Positions 24,992 to 37,610 of a stretch of DNA of 64,000 nt are shown one piece after another. A program made the translations under genes and the position numbers. Below the pieces are notes generated by a model. The model was not told the origin of the DNA and made no database searches. It saw nothing but the letters and a program-made list of their open reading frames with translations. The stretch comes from Podarcis pityusensis. Lineage: Eukaryota. Position 1 is the first letter of the stretch, and each line of letters opens with the position of its first letter. The stretch lies in NCBI GenBank assembly GCA_964106645.2, contig OZ067041.1; one strand, written 5' to 3'.

Positions 24992-25160
24992 TACTGTATT
25001 TTTCCATGTATAGGACTATACTTTTCCCCAAATTTTTTAAGTTTAAAAGTGGGGGTCATCTTATACACGGAATGTTGCAATTATTTATTTCTTAATTTGG
25101 GGCTCAAAAAATAGGGGCCGTCTTATACATAGGGGCGTCTTATACACAGAAAAATATGGT
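24992..25160. mobile_element. Tc2/pogo-like MITE (degraded)
   Basis: Ends tactgtatttttc ... gaaaaatatggt; internal repeated gtcttatac motifs. Confidence 0.55.
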
Positions 25161-25201
25161 CCTTAATTATAAAAAATACTTATATACTGAAATGTATATA
25201 A

Positions 25202-25202
<1 letters not shown>

Positions 25203-25247
<45 letters not shown>
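25203..25247. repeat. (TG)n(TA)n microsatellite
   Basis: Direct observation. Confidence 0.95.
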
Positions 25248-25248
<1 letters not shown>

Positions 25249-25569
25249 GAAATGTTGGGAAGGTGTGCAACAATATGTATACAATAAAACACCATTTAAA
25301 AAAGCAGTACAAAACAGTTATAAAAGGGGATTTATTGGCTAGGCTTATAGAGCCCTTTAATCCACTTTAAATGTGCAAACCCAAAGTTCTGGTGTGTGCT
25401 TGAATCCCTCCTGCAAATCAATGACTGGGAAGGCACCCATAGGCTCCAAAAGTTGGGATGCAACGAGGTAGCACTGCCCTAGTTGCTGGGGGCGGGGCTG
25501 TGTGACCTCACCCCACAGCTGATCTGTAAAAAAAGAAGAAAAGACCGTTGTTGAAGTCAAAGCCAAGTG

Positions 25570-26338
25570 ATGCTCTCTAAATGTTCTACAATTATCATCA
25601 TGAAGAATTACTAGTTATTTCAGTGTACATAAGATTATGCTAAACTCATGTTGACAATATTGAAAGCAATAGAACTAGCCAGTATGACAAATAGATTAAG
25701 AGATAAAGATGATAAGAGACTGAAAGAGGACTGGATATTATATGGAAAAATATTATAACAAGGAAATTATCATAACAGGTTGAACAAACACTCAGCAGTA
25801 TATGTTACAACATGAGACTATGTAAGGTAATGAGAATAATGTAGAAGAATAAGAAAACACAGTTAAAAAGGATAGGAGACAGGAAATCATGGAAAGAGTA
25901 GAAGGGAAGTAAAAGTAAAGACATATAGGAATTAAACAACTTGGAGGAATGTGGATATGTTACCATTATTATTACAGTGGTACCTCGGTTTACAGGCACT
26001 TCAGGTTACAGACACTTCGGGTTACAGACTCCTCTAACCCAGAAATAGTACCTCGGGTTAAGAACTTTGCTTCAGGATGAGAACAGAAATCACGCAGCGG
26101 CAGCACAGTGGCAGCAGGAGGCCCCATTAGCTAAAGTGGTACCTCAGGTTAAGAACAGTTTCAGGTTAAGAACGGACCTCCAGAACAAATTAAGTTCTTA
26201 ACCCAAGGTACCACTGTATATGCTCATGTTTTATATTTAGGTTATCGCCTTTATTTTTGTTTTAAGCACGAATGTAACAGAGTACATATTGATGGCAAGA
26301 TATAACAGAAAAGCAAATAAAAATATTATTAAAAATAT
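25570..26338 (+). mobile_element. Degraded L1-like LINE 3' end, interrupted by a MITE
   Basis: A-rich strand; AIELASMTNRLRDKDDKRLKEDW resembles the ORF2 C-terminus of lizard L1; AATAAA plus A-rich tail at ~26317. Confidence 0.5.
25975..26216 (+). mobile_element. Tc1/mariner (Tigger-like) MITE, copy 1
   Basis: TIR cagtggtacct / aggtaccactg, TA TSD, 242 bp, internal ggttaagaac repeats. Confidence 0.92.
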
Positions 26339-27112
26339 TGAACGCAGTGGCTTATAGTTTTGTTAGTCGCTTATTAAATAAAGATGTAATAATGCACGTG
26401 ATATGTAGGCAACAGTCATTATGTTCCCCTTCAACTTTAAAAACATTTCCAGGGCTCTGGATTATAGATATGAAATGTAAAAACAATGTAAGGAAAGCCT
26501 CTGCATATTACAGCATGGATGCTCGTATCCTAAGCACTTTTTGCGCTGGAACAGCACATCTTAGGGCTAGAGCAGAGACTGACTTGAAGCCAAGTCCTTC
26601 TGTTAAACTGGCTTCCTCTGGTGCTCCCAGCTTGTCCTGCCAACTACACTGTACTCGACAAGATTTATTTCCAGGTTCTATCTATGAATAATGGCTGGCA
26701 GCAAATAGTGGGGCATATGGCAAAACACAGCCATTAATAGCAGAAAACAACATTTTCAAGTAATAATTACAAAGCTCTGCCTGAAACAAACCATCACTTG
26801 AGTTAGAAACTGCATCTGAACTGCTGCAGTTTAGGTCAGCCACTAGCTAACACTTTATGCTAGCCAAAAGTTCCTTACAAGAACAGTTTTAGAAAAATTA
26901 AGAAATTTCACAAGTTTGTAAACTGTTTTCAGTTAGCAACATGAGCCAGCGTAATTGAGTGCGATCTCAAGATAATCCCACAATTTTCCTTTTTAAGTTG
27001 TTCACAGCTCATGAGGTTCAGGACAGAGCGGATTAGCAATATATCGTCAGAAGGACTGCTGCCACATCCAAAGTGCAAGAAGCTCACATGAAATCAGCTG
27101 CAAAATTGGGAT

Positions 27113-27246
27113 AAAGCAAAAATTACTGTCCTATTGTCGGCATCATTCTGTATAATGGGAGCGGCTCAGTACCCCACAGTAGTTGGGCCCTGAGCCACTC
27201 CCATTATACAGAATGATGCCGACAATAGGACAGTAATTTTTGCTTT
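27113..27246. repeat. 57-bp inverted repeat with 20-nt spacer (hairpin)
   Basis: Arms 27113-27169 and 27190-27246 are reverse complements at 56/57 positions. Confidence 0.97.
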
Positions 27247-27586
27247 GGGTGGCATGGGAGCAGAGCAGGTGTGGAGGGGGGATTCAACCTGCTGGAGTCC
27301 TGAGGGAAATTAGACTTCTAAATCTGGTATTTGCTTTGGGGAAAATTCCCCACTGGCACCTGTGCATATTTGGATATGCAAGAGTTAGGTAAACCTGAGC
27401 ACCTGTAATAGCTTACAAAAAAAGTCAAAACACACAGGCCACACAAATCCATCATAGAGTTACTCATATTTACAGTTTTTCACGGTGCCTCCGAAGTAAG
27501 TCCTACTGTGTTCAGTGAATTTTTCTTTCCAGTAAGGGTCCTTGGGGCTGCAACATTAACTCCACTAATTTCAGTGAGTCTAAGTA

Positions 27587-27828
27587 CAGTGGTACCTCAG
27601 GTTAAGTACTTAATTCGTTCCGGAGGTCCGTTCTTAACCTGAAACTGTTCTTAACCTGAAGCACCACTTTAGCTAACGGGGCCTCCTGCTGCTGCCGTGC
27701 CACCGGAGCACGATTTCTGTTCTCATCCTGAAGCAAAGTTCTTAACCCAAGGTACTATTTCTAGGTTAGCAGTGTCTGTAACCTAAAGCATATGTAACCT
27801 GAAGTGTATGAAACCTGAGGTACCACTG
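27587..27828 (-). mobile_element. Tc1/mariner MITE, copy 2 (opposite orientation)
   Basis: Same TIR and TA TSD, 242 bp. Confidence 0.92.
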
Positions 27829-28699
27829 TATTCTTAACCAAAAAAATGGTCTGTAGCCATAGTGTATAAACAACTTCTCTGAGTAGTTTTTCTTACCCTG
27901 TTGTTTAGACTAACATTGAAAATATTGCCATTTGCGCAGCAAAGATGCTCAACAAAATATTTGTTAGGACTTCCATTCCCCTATTCTCAGTTATTTTAGG
28001 AATATTAACGACATGTGGTTTGGACTTAAGTTCCTAAGACCTGCATCTAATAATGCAATTAAAATGTCATTTGTGAAGGGGAATTTTACAAATGAAGTTA
28101 AAAGCACCTTGAAGATATATTATTATTTGACCTGTTACATAAGAGGATTATATCTCTGGCTGTTGCAGATAGGGACTCTTTGCCAATACAAAAATGATTG
28201 TTTTCCAATTAGCTTGTCTTGACAGAAGGGAAAAAGGCACATATTGCAGTCCCCCTGTTACCACTGAGACTCCCTGCTTCCTGAGTTAAGCTGAAGGCCC
28301 CGTTTTTACACTCCAAGTTCATTATCTTTTTCAATAGCTAAGAAATTGCTAAGTGTTGTTAGCCCACAGTCAATATGTGTGACTAAAAAGCAGAGGAGGC
28401 AACAATTATAGGCATATCTTCTGAAGGTCATTTTACAAAACTGCTGTTATTTGTGGCTAAGAGATACAAAACTATGGGAAATTAAAAACAATATATTTCA
28501 AGGCTAGGGCCTAGTCTTGAAACATGTGAATCAAGGCTGGCCCTATAATGAGACAAAGTGAGGCAGCAGCCTCAGGCAACAAATGTTGAGGTCCAGGGAG
28601 GGGACAGATCTGTGAGTGCCATATGGCTTGCCCTGACACCCCTAAGTTTGCCTGCTCCCCTCAAGTGCAGTAGATTGTTCTTTCACCAGCATTATTACT

Positions 28700-29105
28700 A
28701 TTACTATTATTTGTTCTGAAACAAACCAAAACATAACATCTTTTGAAATTTGCGCTTATCCAAATTTTGCAATGCAGTTCGCCAGTGAAGTAATATGTAC
28801 CAAAAAAATCATATACTATGGTAAAGTGTGCATATATTAGTGAAGATAATATCAAAATGTAGAAAATATAGACATATAGATACTATAGAAAATGACTTAT
28901 AATAGGGAAATGTGCAAAAATGTGTATACAGTATTAGGCAAAATTGCATATAAATATGTGTACCATAGAAGAAAGCCATACAAAAATGGTGATGAATTTC
29001 CATGAGCACTTTAAAAATAAATAAATAAATAAATATAGCAATGCTGAGAACTGATTTTATCATTGGAAAAATGAGAAACTGAGAGAAACGGATGTATTTG
29101 CCCAT
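28700..29105 (+). repeat. Interspersed AT-rich repeat family, class uncertain
   Basis: Shares motifs (gaaactgagaga, tgtgcatatattagtgaa, tgcaaaaatgtgta) with ~30303-30750(+) and ~59140-59500(-). Confidence 0.6.
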
Positions 29106-31076
29106 TCTCCCTCCTCGTCAGTCAGTGTTGCATACTCACTAAGCATGCTCAAGCCTCATTGGCCTGCGTGGGGTGGTTTTCCTCTCCATTTCAATTAGTT
29201 TGATGAAGTGTAAAGAAAACTCTCACAGAGAACACTCACATCAGCAACTTTTCCAAACAAGAATTCTTAGGGTTCTTTAGGGGAACAATGACAAGGCAAG
29301 CTGATCTAAAATCAGTATAAAAGTTTGTAAATATGGATTTTCTGTGTCACACACACCAAGTCTGTATGGAGTGGTCGTGCATGAATGGTGGATGATCTGG
29401 TTGCAGTGTGTGTGTGTGTGTGCATGCGTGCATGCGCAAGACTTTTCTATTTTTTAAGGAATGGGATAGGCATCTGGATTGATTTGGACATCATGCAGGT
29501 TTAGTGTAAAGAAGCACTGGAGGGGGGCAGCATTCTCCAGCAACCAGATATCACACTGTCAGCATATTCCAATGGGCTTATTAGCAATTTTATTGTATTT
29601 AATTTGCAGCAAGGTAATTTAGTGTCAGGCAAAAGAGCCATCAGGATGAAAAACTGCATCAGAATTAAAAACCAATAATCAAACTTCCCATCTCAGTGAG
29701 CTCTTGCAGTGTAATGATGACGCGCAATTAAGCAGGAGCCAGTCCTCCTGGCCATCCTACAAGAAAGAGCGCTTCATGGAATTGCGTGTGTGTGGGAGCC
29801 AGTTGGTAGGCTTCTCCTCTGCTTCGAAGCCTAGGGAAATATGTAATGCTTGCCTTGTTTGTTTTCATTGTCAATCTCTCCCCTTCCTCCCCCATACACT
29901 TTGGTTGGAATAACACTGAAATAGTCCCTGCTCAGGGCTTTTCCATGCTATAAAACTCTCTTCTTGCTTTCTAGCCACTGCTTTAATTTTCTTCAGCAGT
30001 TTGAGAAAGTAATTGGGGTCTAAAAAAGAGGGGGAGGGACTTTCTTCTACTTTTGTTTTTATTCCAAGCCCAGGAAAAGCATCAGAAGGCCAGTGAGCCT
30101 GACATGATTGGGAGGGTCTGTGCTGGAATAGGACAGCCAGGCTGCCACAATGGGACTCTGAGGGGCTAGCAGGAGACTTTTACCGTAAATCCGAAGAATA
30201 CCTTGTCCTACCTGCAGCCTGTGCTGTGGCTTAAATTTGCACCCTGGCATATTTGCAAGATATGAAAGTCAGGTTGTTTGTAACTTTGCATAGCACAGAG
30301 TCAGGATGGGAAGAAACTCGGTTCAGTTCTCATTTAAAGGCAGATGTATCAAATTTTCGCTTTCCAAAACAAGATGAGAATGGAAACACAACCATCATTT
30401 GAAATTCACAACTATCTGAATGTTGGGATGCGCTTGGGATGCCAACCAAAGAAGGATTGCAAAAATGCATGTATTAGGTAAACGTGTGCATCAGAATGAA
30501 TGTATTCATGAAAATATACAAAAAGCACTATATTAGGATAAATTGCTTGCAAAAAGGTGTACATTGGTCAAAACAGCATACAAAAATGTGTTTATTATTC
30601 ACACTAAAACGCTAAAAGAATTTTCATGCATTTTCATGAGGGTTTAATCCCCACCCCCAAAGAAATTGCTGCAGAAGTGTGGAGAGCTGAATTTAATATT
30701 AGAAAATAGAGAAACTCAGAGAGCAAAAATTGGCAGCTGAATCCATCCCTAAAATGGGATGGGAAATAAGAAAGATGCTGGAACTCAGGTCAGATCTAGG
30801 GAGTTTTCTTTCTGACCAAGACTTGTTGCTAATCCCAGAAATCTGGGGATGGGCTGCAGTTTTGTAGGGATGAGGGAAGTGCACCCCGAACAGTCACAAA
30901 GCCAGTCTTTTTATAATAACTTCATATCTTCAATAATAATAATAATAATTTATTTCTACCCATCCATCTGGCTGGGTTTCCCTTCTTCTAGAGGGTGAAC
31001 CCTCTCAAATCAAGCTTGGATGTGGCTTTCTACAATAAAAGCAAAAGGCTTTGAGCATTCGCAAATGCCTCTCTAC

Positions 31077-31232
31077 AGGGGCGGAGGAAGGGGGGTGGGC
31101 CACCTCGGGTGTCACCAATGAGGGGGTGACAAAATGCCAGGTGGTACTCACCGCGGGGCCTGCAGTGTGCCCGAGCCACGCATTTCTCCTGGGAGAGACG
31201 CGGTGGCTCAAGTGCACGTAGGCTCTGCGCTG
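31077..31232. mobile_element. GC-rich hAT-like MITE (degraded)
   Basis: Starts caggggcggag and ends ctctgcgctgccc; internal gggtgtcacc / gggtgac motifs. Confidence 0.5.
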
Positions 31233-32173
31233 CCCAAACGTTCTGCCCGCTGCCTCCCCCTCAGCTGTAGCACGGGTGAGTGGGAGGAGGCAGGCAGACT
31301 CCTCAGAAGCCCTGCGGAGCATTCTGTCCTGGCTTGCCCCGCCCCCGCAGGGCACACGCGCCACCCCAGGCCCCCAATCGGCTTGCTCCGCCGCTGCCTC
31401 TCTATGCCCCATTCAAAAAGCATTATCAGAGGTCATGGACACATTTAGGTCAGACAAAAACACCCCAAGGAGGATGCAGAGCAAGACTGATGTGGCCTGA
31501 GATGTGTGTGCATAGCTGGGGAGAGTCCTGAGGACCTAACAGAAAGGCATAAAGGGCCACAATGGGTCCCCAGACCTGAAGTTTGCCCTCCATGACCAAT
31601 ATGGTTACCATTCCTTCCTTAAAGTCTGTAGTTGCTTAGTCTCTGTCTTGTACTTAAAATGAACAGGAGCTGTTCATATGGTTCATTTTACCATTGAGAT
31701 CCTTTGCTGCCTTTTCACTCTTGTGAGTTTATGATCAGGGAGTGGATCCTACAGCCCTTCAGATGTTGTTGGCCTGCAACTCCCCATCATGCCTGACTGC
31801 TGGTTGGGAGTTGGAGTCCCCATCCTTGCTCTCTGACAAGCCAATGTGCCTCTTCATGTACCTATTCTAAACAGGCTATATAAAGGGTGATTCAAGACAT
31901 CTTTGCTCAGCCAGGACAAATTCCAACTGCTGCTGTTGTTGGGGATTTAGTGATAGCTTCATTGATGCACACTCCCAACTTATGTCACTACTTCCTTGTT
32001 GCTGCAGATTTCTCAATTTTCTGCAAATTGAGAAATAATTTAGTGGTGGAAAGGGGAACAATAAAAAGGACACAAACAATATGATTAGTTGGGGGAAAAG
32101 AAGAAATCACACTTCTCAAGTGTTTTTAGTTTTCTCTCCGGGTACTTTGTATAAATTCTGTCAGTGGTGAACC

Positions 32174-32322
32174 CAGTGCTTTTTTTTCTTTAAAAAAATG
32201 TTTAGGGGTACTCTCATTTTCCTACTCGTATTGAAATACTGCCCCTCAATGAGGTCAAACTCAGATTCACAAAATGTTTAGGGGTATGTGTACCCCTGCG
32301 TCCCTCCAGGAAAAAAGGACTG
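32174..32322. mobile_element. hAT MITE
   Basis: Perfect 8-bp TSD ggtgaacc (32166-32173, 32323-32330); TIR cagtgcttttt / aaaaaggactg. Confidence 0.88.
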
Positions 32323-33804
32323 GGTGAACCTATAAGATTTGCCGCTAACTTTTTTGCTTAGTCATGGAATCCATTAGATGTCCTCAGTCAAGTCTTCATC
32401 CTAAGCTTCCTCATGGTGGCATGGTAACAAGAAAAGAGCTAAGAATGTTAAAGTCCTTTCAACAGTCTAAAGTGGTATAAACGCTTGATGGAAATATTTA
32501 ATTCAGTGGCTTGGCCCAGAATGTGAATATATATATTTTCCAACTTTTCTAATTTGCAAGGGAGCTTTGGCTTGTAAAATTTCATATATGATATACGACT
32601 GAAATTCTAAATATGACTGAATTAATTGCAACAATATTATTTTTTATTATTAATTTCATTTGCTAACCACTTTATTCCAGAGGAGTGCCAAGGCAACTTA
32701 CAACTGAAAAACCACAGTACATCGCAATATAAAAATTATATAAAATATTAAAACAGAAGAAAACACTAAAAGTGATCATGCACTAATTAATAAACAATTA
32801 TTTTAAAAAACTCCTTCCCCACAACATTCGGATGATGACCATTAAAATTAGCCAACTATAAAACAACCATCAAGCAGAAGCAGGAAAAATACAAAGTTAA
32901 TAGAAAGTATAAAACCGAAAGTTAATAAAAGCAATTTTCTTTGAACAATCATATTGTAAATCAATATGCATTGTACTCACTCACTGATAACATCATTCCT
33001 TTTATAAAAAAATCCCACTCTGAAATATTTCATGCATGGCTATTGCCATGGAATAATTTTCCTTGAAAAATGAAAATAAAAGTGCCTTCTATTTTTGCAT
33101 TGCATTAACGAAATTACAGTGGAAAGCTACGTTACTCTGAAAAGCGCAAGTTAACAGACCAAGAAACAGCTTTTTAAAACTAAAAATGATCGGTGTGCAC
33201 TGAAATAATGTTACCTTGTTATGGCGCAACTACATAGAAATGTCTGGATCTAATTGGCTCCTTCAGGCCTGGTGTATTATACATTCATGTCATCGAGGCA
33301 TGTCTTTAGGTAGTATGTTATGACTTTAAAGACTTAATCCATTTGTCAAATGCTTGTACAAACTGTGGTGGTTAAAAGCACTTGCGTTCATTGGAACCTT
33401 CCTGTTTTTCTCTGTTCTTAAGGCAATAATCCCTGTGTGTTCCAAGGCATGGTCTAAGGGCAGATGACGCAGCCACCTCTCCAAATTTAAAGTCCAAAGC
33501 CAGCACTCTGAATTGGAATGGACCTCGAGAAAAATAGGCAGCCCATGTAACTATCACAGAACAGGCGCAATATGACCTGAATGCCTATCTTCCACTGGCA
33601 TTCTCACTACTAAATCCTGTACCAATGGCCAAATGAGCACATGGCAAAAAATGAATGTTGGGGCTGCTTTGCTATCCGACAAGCCCTACACAGATCTACC
33701 TGACCCACATTGTCCAGCATGCCAAATTTGATCACATGACTGGATCGTTGGTAGGCAGAATTTAAAAACACCAGCAGGGCATGGTCTCCAACAGAAAAGC
33801 TGTA

Positions 33805-34045
33805 CAGTGGTACCTTGGTTTACGAACTTAATCCGCTCCGGAAGCCTGTTCTTAAACCAAAGCTTTCTTAAACCAAGGCGTGCTTTCCCATAGCAGCGGG
33901 GGACTCAATTTACACTCAACAGGAAGCGGAACATGTTCTGCTTCCAAGGCAAAGTTCACAAACCAAAACACCTACTTCCGGGTTTGCAGCATTCTTAATC
34001 CAAGTTGTTCATAAACTAAGCTGTTCTTAAACCAAGGTACCACTG
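33805..34045. mobile_element. Tc1/mariner MITE, related subfamily
   Basis: TIR cagtggtaccttggttta / taaaccaaggtaccactg, TA TSD, 241 bp, different interior. Confidence 0.9.
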
Positions 34046-35287
34046 TAATGCCTCAGAGGGCAATACTCTTTCTGGTGCCTGTGGCAGCTGCTTCCTGGTG
34101 AAATACATACCATGAGCAGCACCTGCTACTTTGCACACCTCTCTTCAGAGCTCTTTGAGAGGGTTGCCATATAAAATGAGCCATTCTTCACCCCAGTGCT
34201 GTGGGAACCAAAGAACAGGCCGTCAACCAACAGGCAGCTCCCTGCACTACCCTTTAGCCTCTAAGGTGCCCTAAGTACAAGCCAACTGGCTACAGACTAA
34301 ACCCACAGCAACTATCTTGAAATGTTCACTCCCTTCTCAGAAACTGTTGTAAACAAACACGCTTGTCCAACATTCCAGGCACTCCTCTTCCTCTGATCCT
34401 TAGGAAGACAGATTCATACAAGGAGCTGTCGTCGCAAGTTAACGAAATGCTGATCTAGTTTGGAGTCCACAGCAGGCTGCTAAATCCAATTACTATTCGC
34501 TTTTTGTTGGGCCAAAGTGAATCGGGGCTCTGGGGAGCATTATGGGGGAGAAACATTTCCTTTGTTAATGAATCTAGCCCTTTGTTCCACTGGAATCTAG
34601 ACGCTGACAACTCGGCTGCTTCCTGAGATACATCTTTGTCCCAAGCCCAGGTGCAGAAGATAAACAGTGACAGCCAGCTCTTCAAAAGATAACCCTCCAC
34701 AAGAAGAGATGCTTTATTTCTTACTTGACCACTTGTTTCTGACTGACCAGAATAGGATGACTTGCTGATATTAAGCATGCTTCTTTGGTGCATGTATATA
34801 AAAATATTATGGCAATTATATTTACATTGCATGGCATAATGAGTTGCGAACAAACCAGATTGGTATTGGGATTAAACATAAATCTGTTACAGATTATGAA
34901 GGTGAAAATAAATAAATAAATCCCAACAGACTTCATGTTAAAATGATGGTTGATATCACCCCCCTGCTGCATCAGACCCCAGTTACATAAATTTTAAGAT
35001 TAGAGATCTGACTGTCCCTTGAATTGTACACAGGGTCCTGTGTGGGCTTCAGGAGTTTAGTACATGTGACTTCCAGGATGGCTGAGCCTCGACCAACCTG
35101 AGCTGCATTTAAAATTTAATTCTCATGTGTTGTTCTTTCCGTACTTGGAAGCAGGAACTTCCTGCTGGGAGGTTGCATCGAGGCTCCAACACGCCTTCTG
35201 GTAAAAACCGGAAGTCGCGTCAGAGCCCTGTGTTGTAGGTGCCCTGGCACCCAGTGCTCCCTAGACATGGCGCCTATAGTACCATAA

Positions 35288-35629
35288 GTAAAGGTAGAGG
35301 TACCCCTGACCGTTAGGTCCAGTCGCGGACAACTCTGGGGTTGCACGCTCATCTCGCTCTATAGGTCTAAACCACAGAGCCTAGGGCTTGCTGATCAGAA
35401 GGTCAGCAGTTCGAATCCCCGGGATGGGGTGAGCTCCCATTGTTCGGTCCTAGCTCCTGCCCACCTAGCAGTTTGAAAGCACGTCAAAGTGCAAGTAGAT
35501 AAATAGGTGCCGCTCCGGCAGGAAGGTAAACAGCATTTCCGTTCGCTGCTCTGGTTCGTTAGAAGTGGCTTAGTCATGCTGGCCACATGACCCGGAAGCT
35601 GTCTGCGGACAAACACTGGCTCTATAGAC
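35288..35629. mobile_element. Sauria SINE with internal inversion
   Basis: The 3' part (tail to ...cctatagagcgag) lies on the minus strand at ~35288-35365. The 5' body (taaaccacagagcc...ttcgaatccc...ctggctc) lies on the plus strand at ~35366-35622. Confidence 0.88.
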
Positions 35630-37140
35630 AAACTGATGGAGGATAAGGCTATCCCAACATTGACTATCCCAAGTCCTGACAGATGCAGGCTACCTCCAGG
35701 ATCAGAGACAGCATGCCTCTGAATACCAATTGCTGAGGAAAGGACTATTGTATTGAAATCCTGTTTGGTGTACTGGTTTGAATGTTGGACTAGAACCTAG
35801 GAGAGAAGAGTTCAAATCCCCCCTCAGCCAGAAACCACACTAGGTGACCTTGGGCCTGTTGTCTCTCAAATTAAGCTACTTCACAGGGTTCTTGTGATGA
35901 TAAAACAGAGAGGGGGAGAATAATAGAATTCTAGCTTTTTCAAGATGCACATTGGTGGGTTATGAAAACCAGCCAAACTGTTTTGACCAGTGACCATCGT
36001 AGGATGCAAACTATGAATATGAGCACCTTTGGCAATGCCCACCTTACTGTACAACTGCCAAGACTCTGAAAAGCTGTCATCTACACACAGCCCAAGGCAA
36101 CCTCCTAGGGAAGAATCCTTCACTGGAATCTCTTTGACTCATAAGTACCAGAGCCTGAGGCGCGTTGGAAGGTGGCAAACTTAGCAAAACTTCCGTGCGG
36201 CTCTAGTCCTTGGTGCTCTGCTTAGTGGTGAGGGGTTTTTCCCCACCATTCGTGTGTTTAAGAGCTCATTACTCATATGGTATATTCTGCTTTGACTGAT
36301 GCATTTCTGTCTGGCTGCAAATTGATTCATTTCCCCCTGAGTCAACTAGGCCTATGTGGTGGCTGTCTCTGGCCTCTCTAATTAAATTACCTATTAACAT
36401 GGCAGGCCCAAGACATTTCTATTCTTAAGGTGAAGGATGAGATAGCACCTCTCCCAAAAGCCTACTAAACTGCCCATTTTACTTGGATGCTAGTGAGAGG
36501 ATAGTGCCCTCCACTGCACCTGAGGGGAGCAGTCTGACTTAGGGGGTGCAAGCCAGGGCACATGGCACCCACAGGTCTCTGTCTACTCCCTGTCCCTCAG
36601 CATCTGCTGCCTGAGGCAGCTGCCTCACTCTGCTTCATGGTAGGGTCAAGAGGAAACCAATTCCTTTCTTTGCTGATACGGAAGTGGGACACAACCAATG
36701 CTTGTGCGTAAGGAGGGAGCATCTAGATTATTTCAAAATTTCCAGAATTCTTCAGTGGAGAGCAAGAGGTTGCATGGGTGTTATCAGCCCATTAATGCCA
36801 TTCTTGTGGTTTTAAAAATTATTTCTATCCCACCATCTCACAACCTATGGCAATATATATCGGCTACCACTCTATGTATGTTTACATGGGAATAACCCAT
36901 AACAACGGATCTTGCTCCTAAGTATACATAGATAGAATTGGGCAGATGTATTTAAATTTTGGGGTTTCACTCTAAAATGGACCAAACTGGACCAAACTGT
37001 ACTTCTGTTAATGATCAGCATATGATTCTTCCCTGTTTGAAGTTCATAAAATTACCAGCCTTCCTTCTCATATGGTTTTTGGCACATATATTACAAAAGG
37101 TCTTCAATTCCCTGTTTCCCATGTGCTTTGGCACTGCTTC

Positions 37141-37610
37141 TGGCAGGGACTTGGCAGAGGAGGAGCGGTGGAGACCGCCTCCCCATCCTGACCCTTCCAG
37201 GGAGGAGGAAGAGGAAGACAATATAGATTTACAACAGGGGTTTGAGGGAGGTAGCAGCTCAGAGGCAGATGAGGGAGAAAGCTGGGAAATCATGGGAGAG
37301 CCAGAACAACACCCAGCTGACATGCTGTTATTCCAGACCCTCCATCTCCCAGAACCTGGCGAGCCTTAAAAGTAGAAGAGCAAAGAACTCAAAGACAGAG
37401 GGCATGTAGCAGCACCCATAGAGGAGACAATGAGAATGATGAATGAGGAAGTGGGAGAGACGGGGGATAGAGATTCACTCAGGACAACGCCATTATACAA
37501 GAGGCTGTGTTCTATAGCCTCTCAGTGTAAAGACTGAAATAAAAAAGCACGATAAGAAACTTTTCCTTGTCTTTATACTTTCCTGGGCAACTAGCCGGGA
37601 GCTTCTGACA
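37141..37610 (+). mobile_element. Probable solo LTR
   Basis: TG...CA ends with a short inverted repeat (tggcag / ctgaca); purine-rich U3-like interior; TATA-like at ~37494; AATAAA at ~37538; TSD not clean (gcttc / acatc). Confidence 0.5.

Noticed and set aside
25975-26216. Regularly spaced ggttaagaac repeats as a CRISPR-like array
   Set aside because: They are internal subterminal repeats of a TA-flanked MITE, repeated in each copy, in a vertebrate genome.
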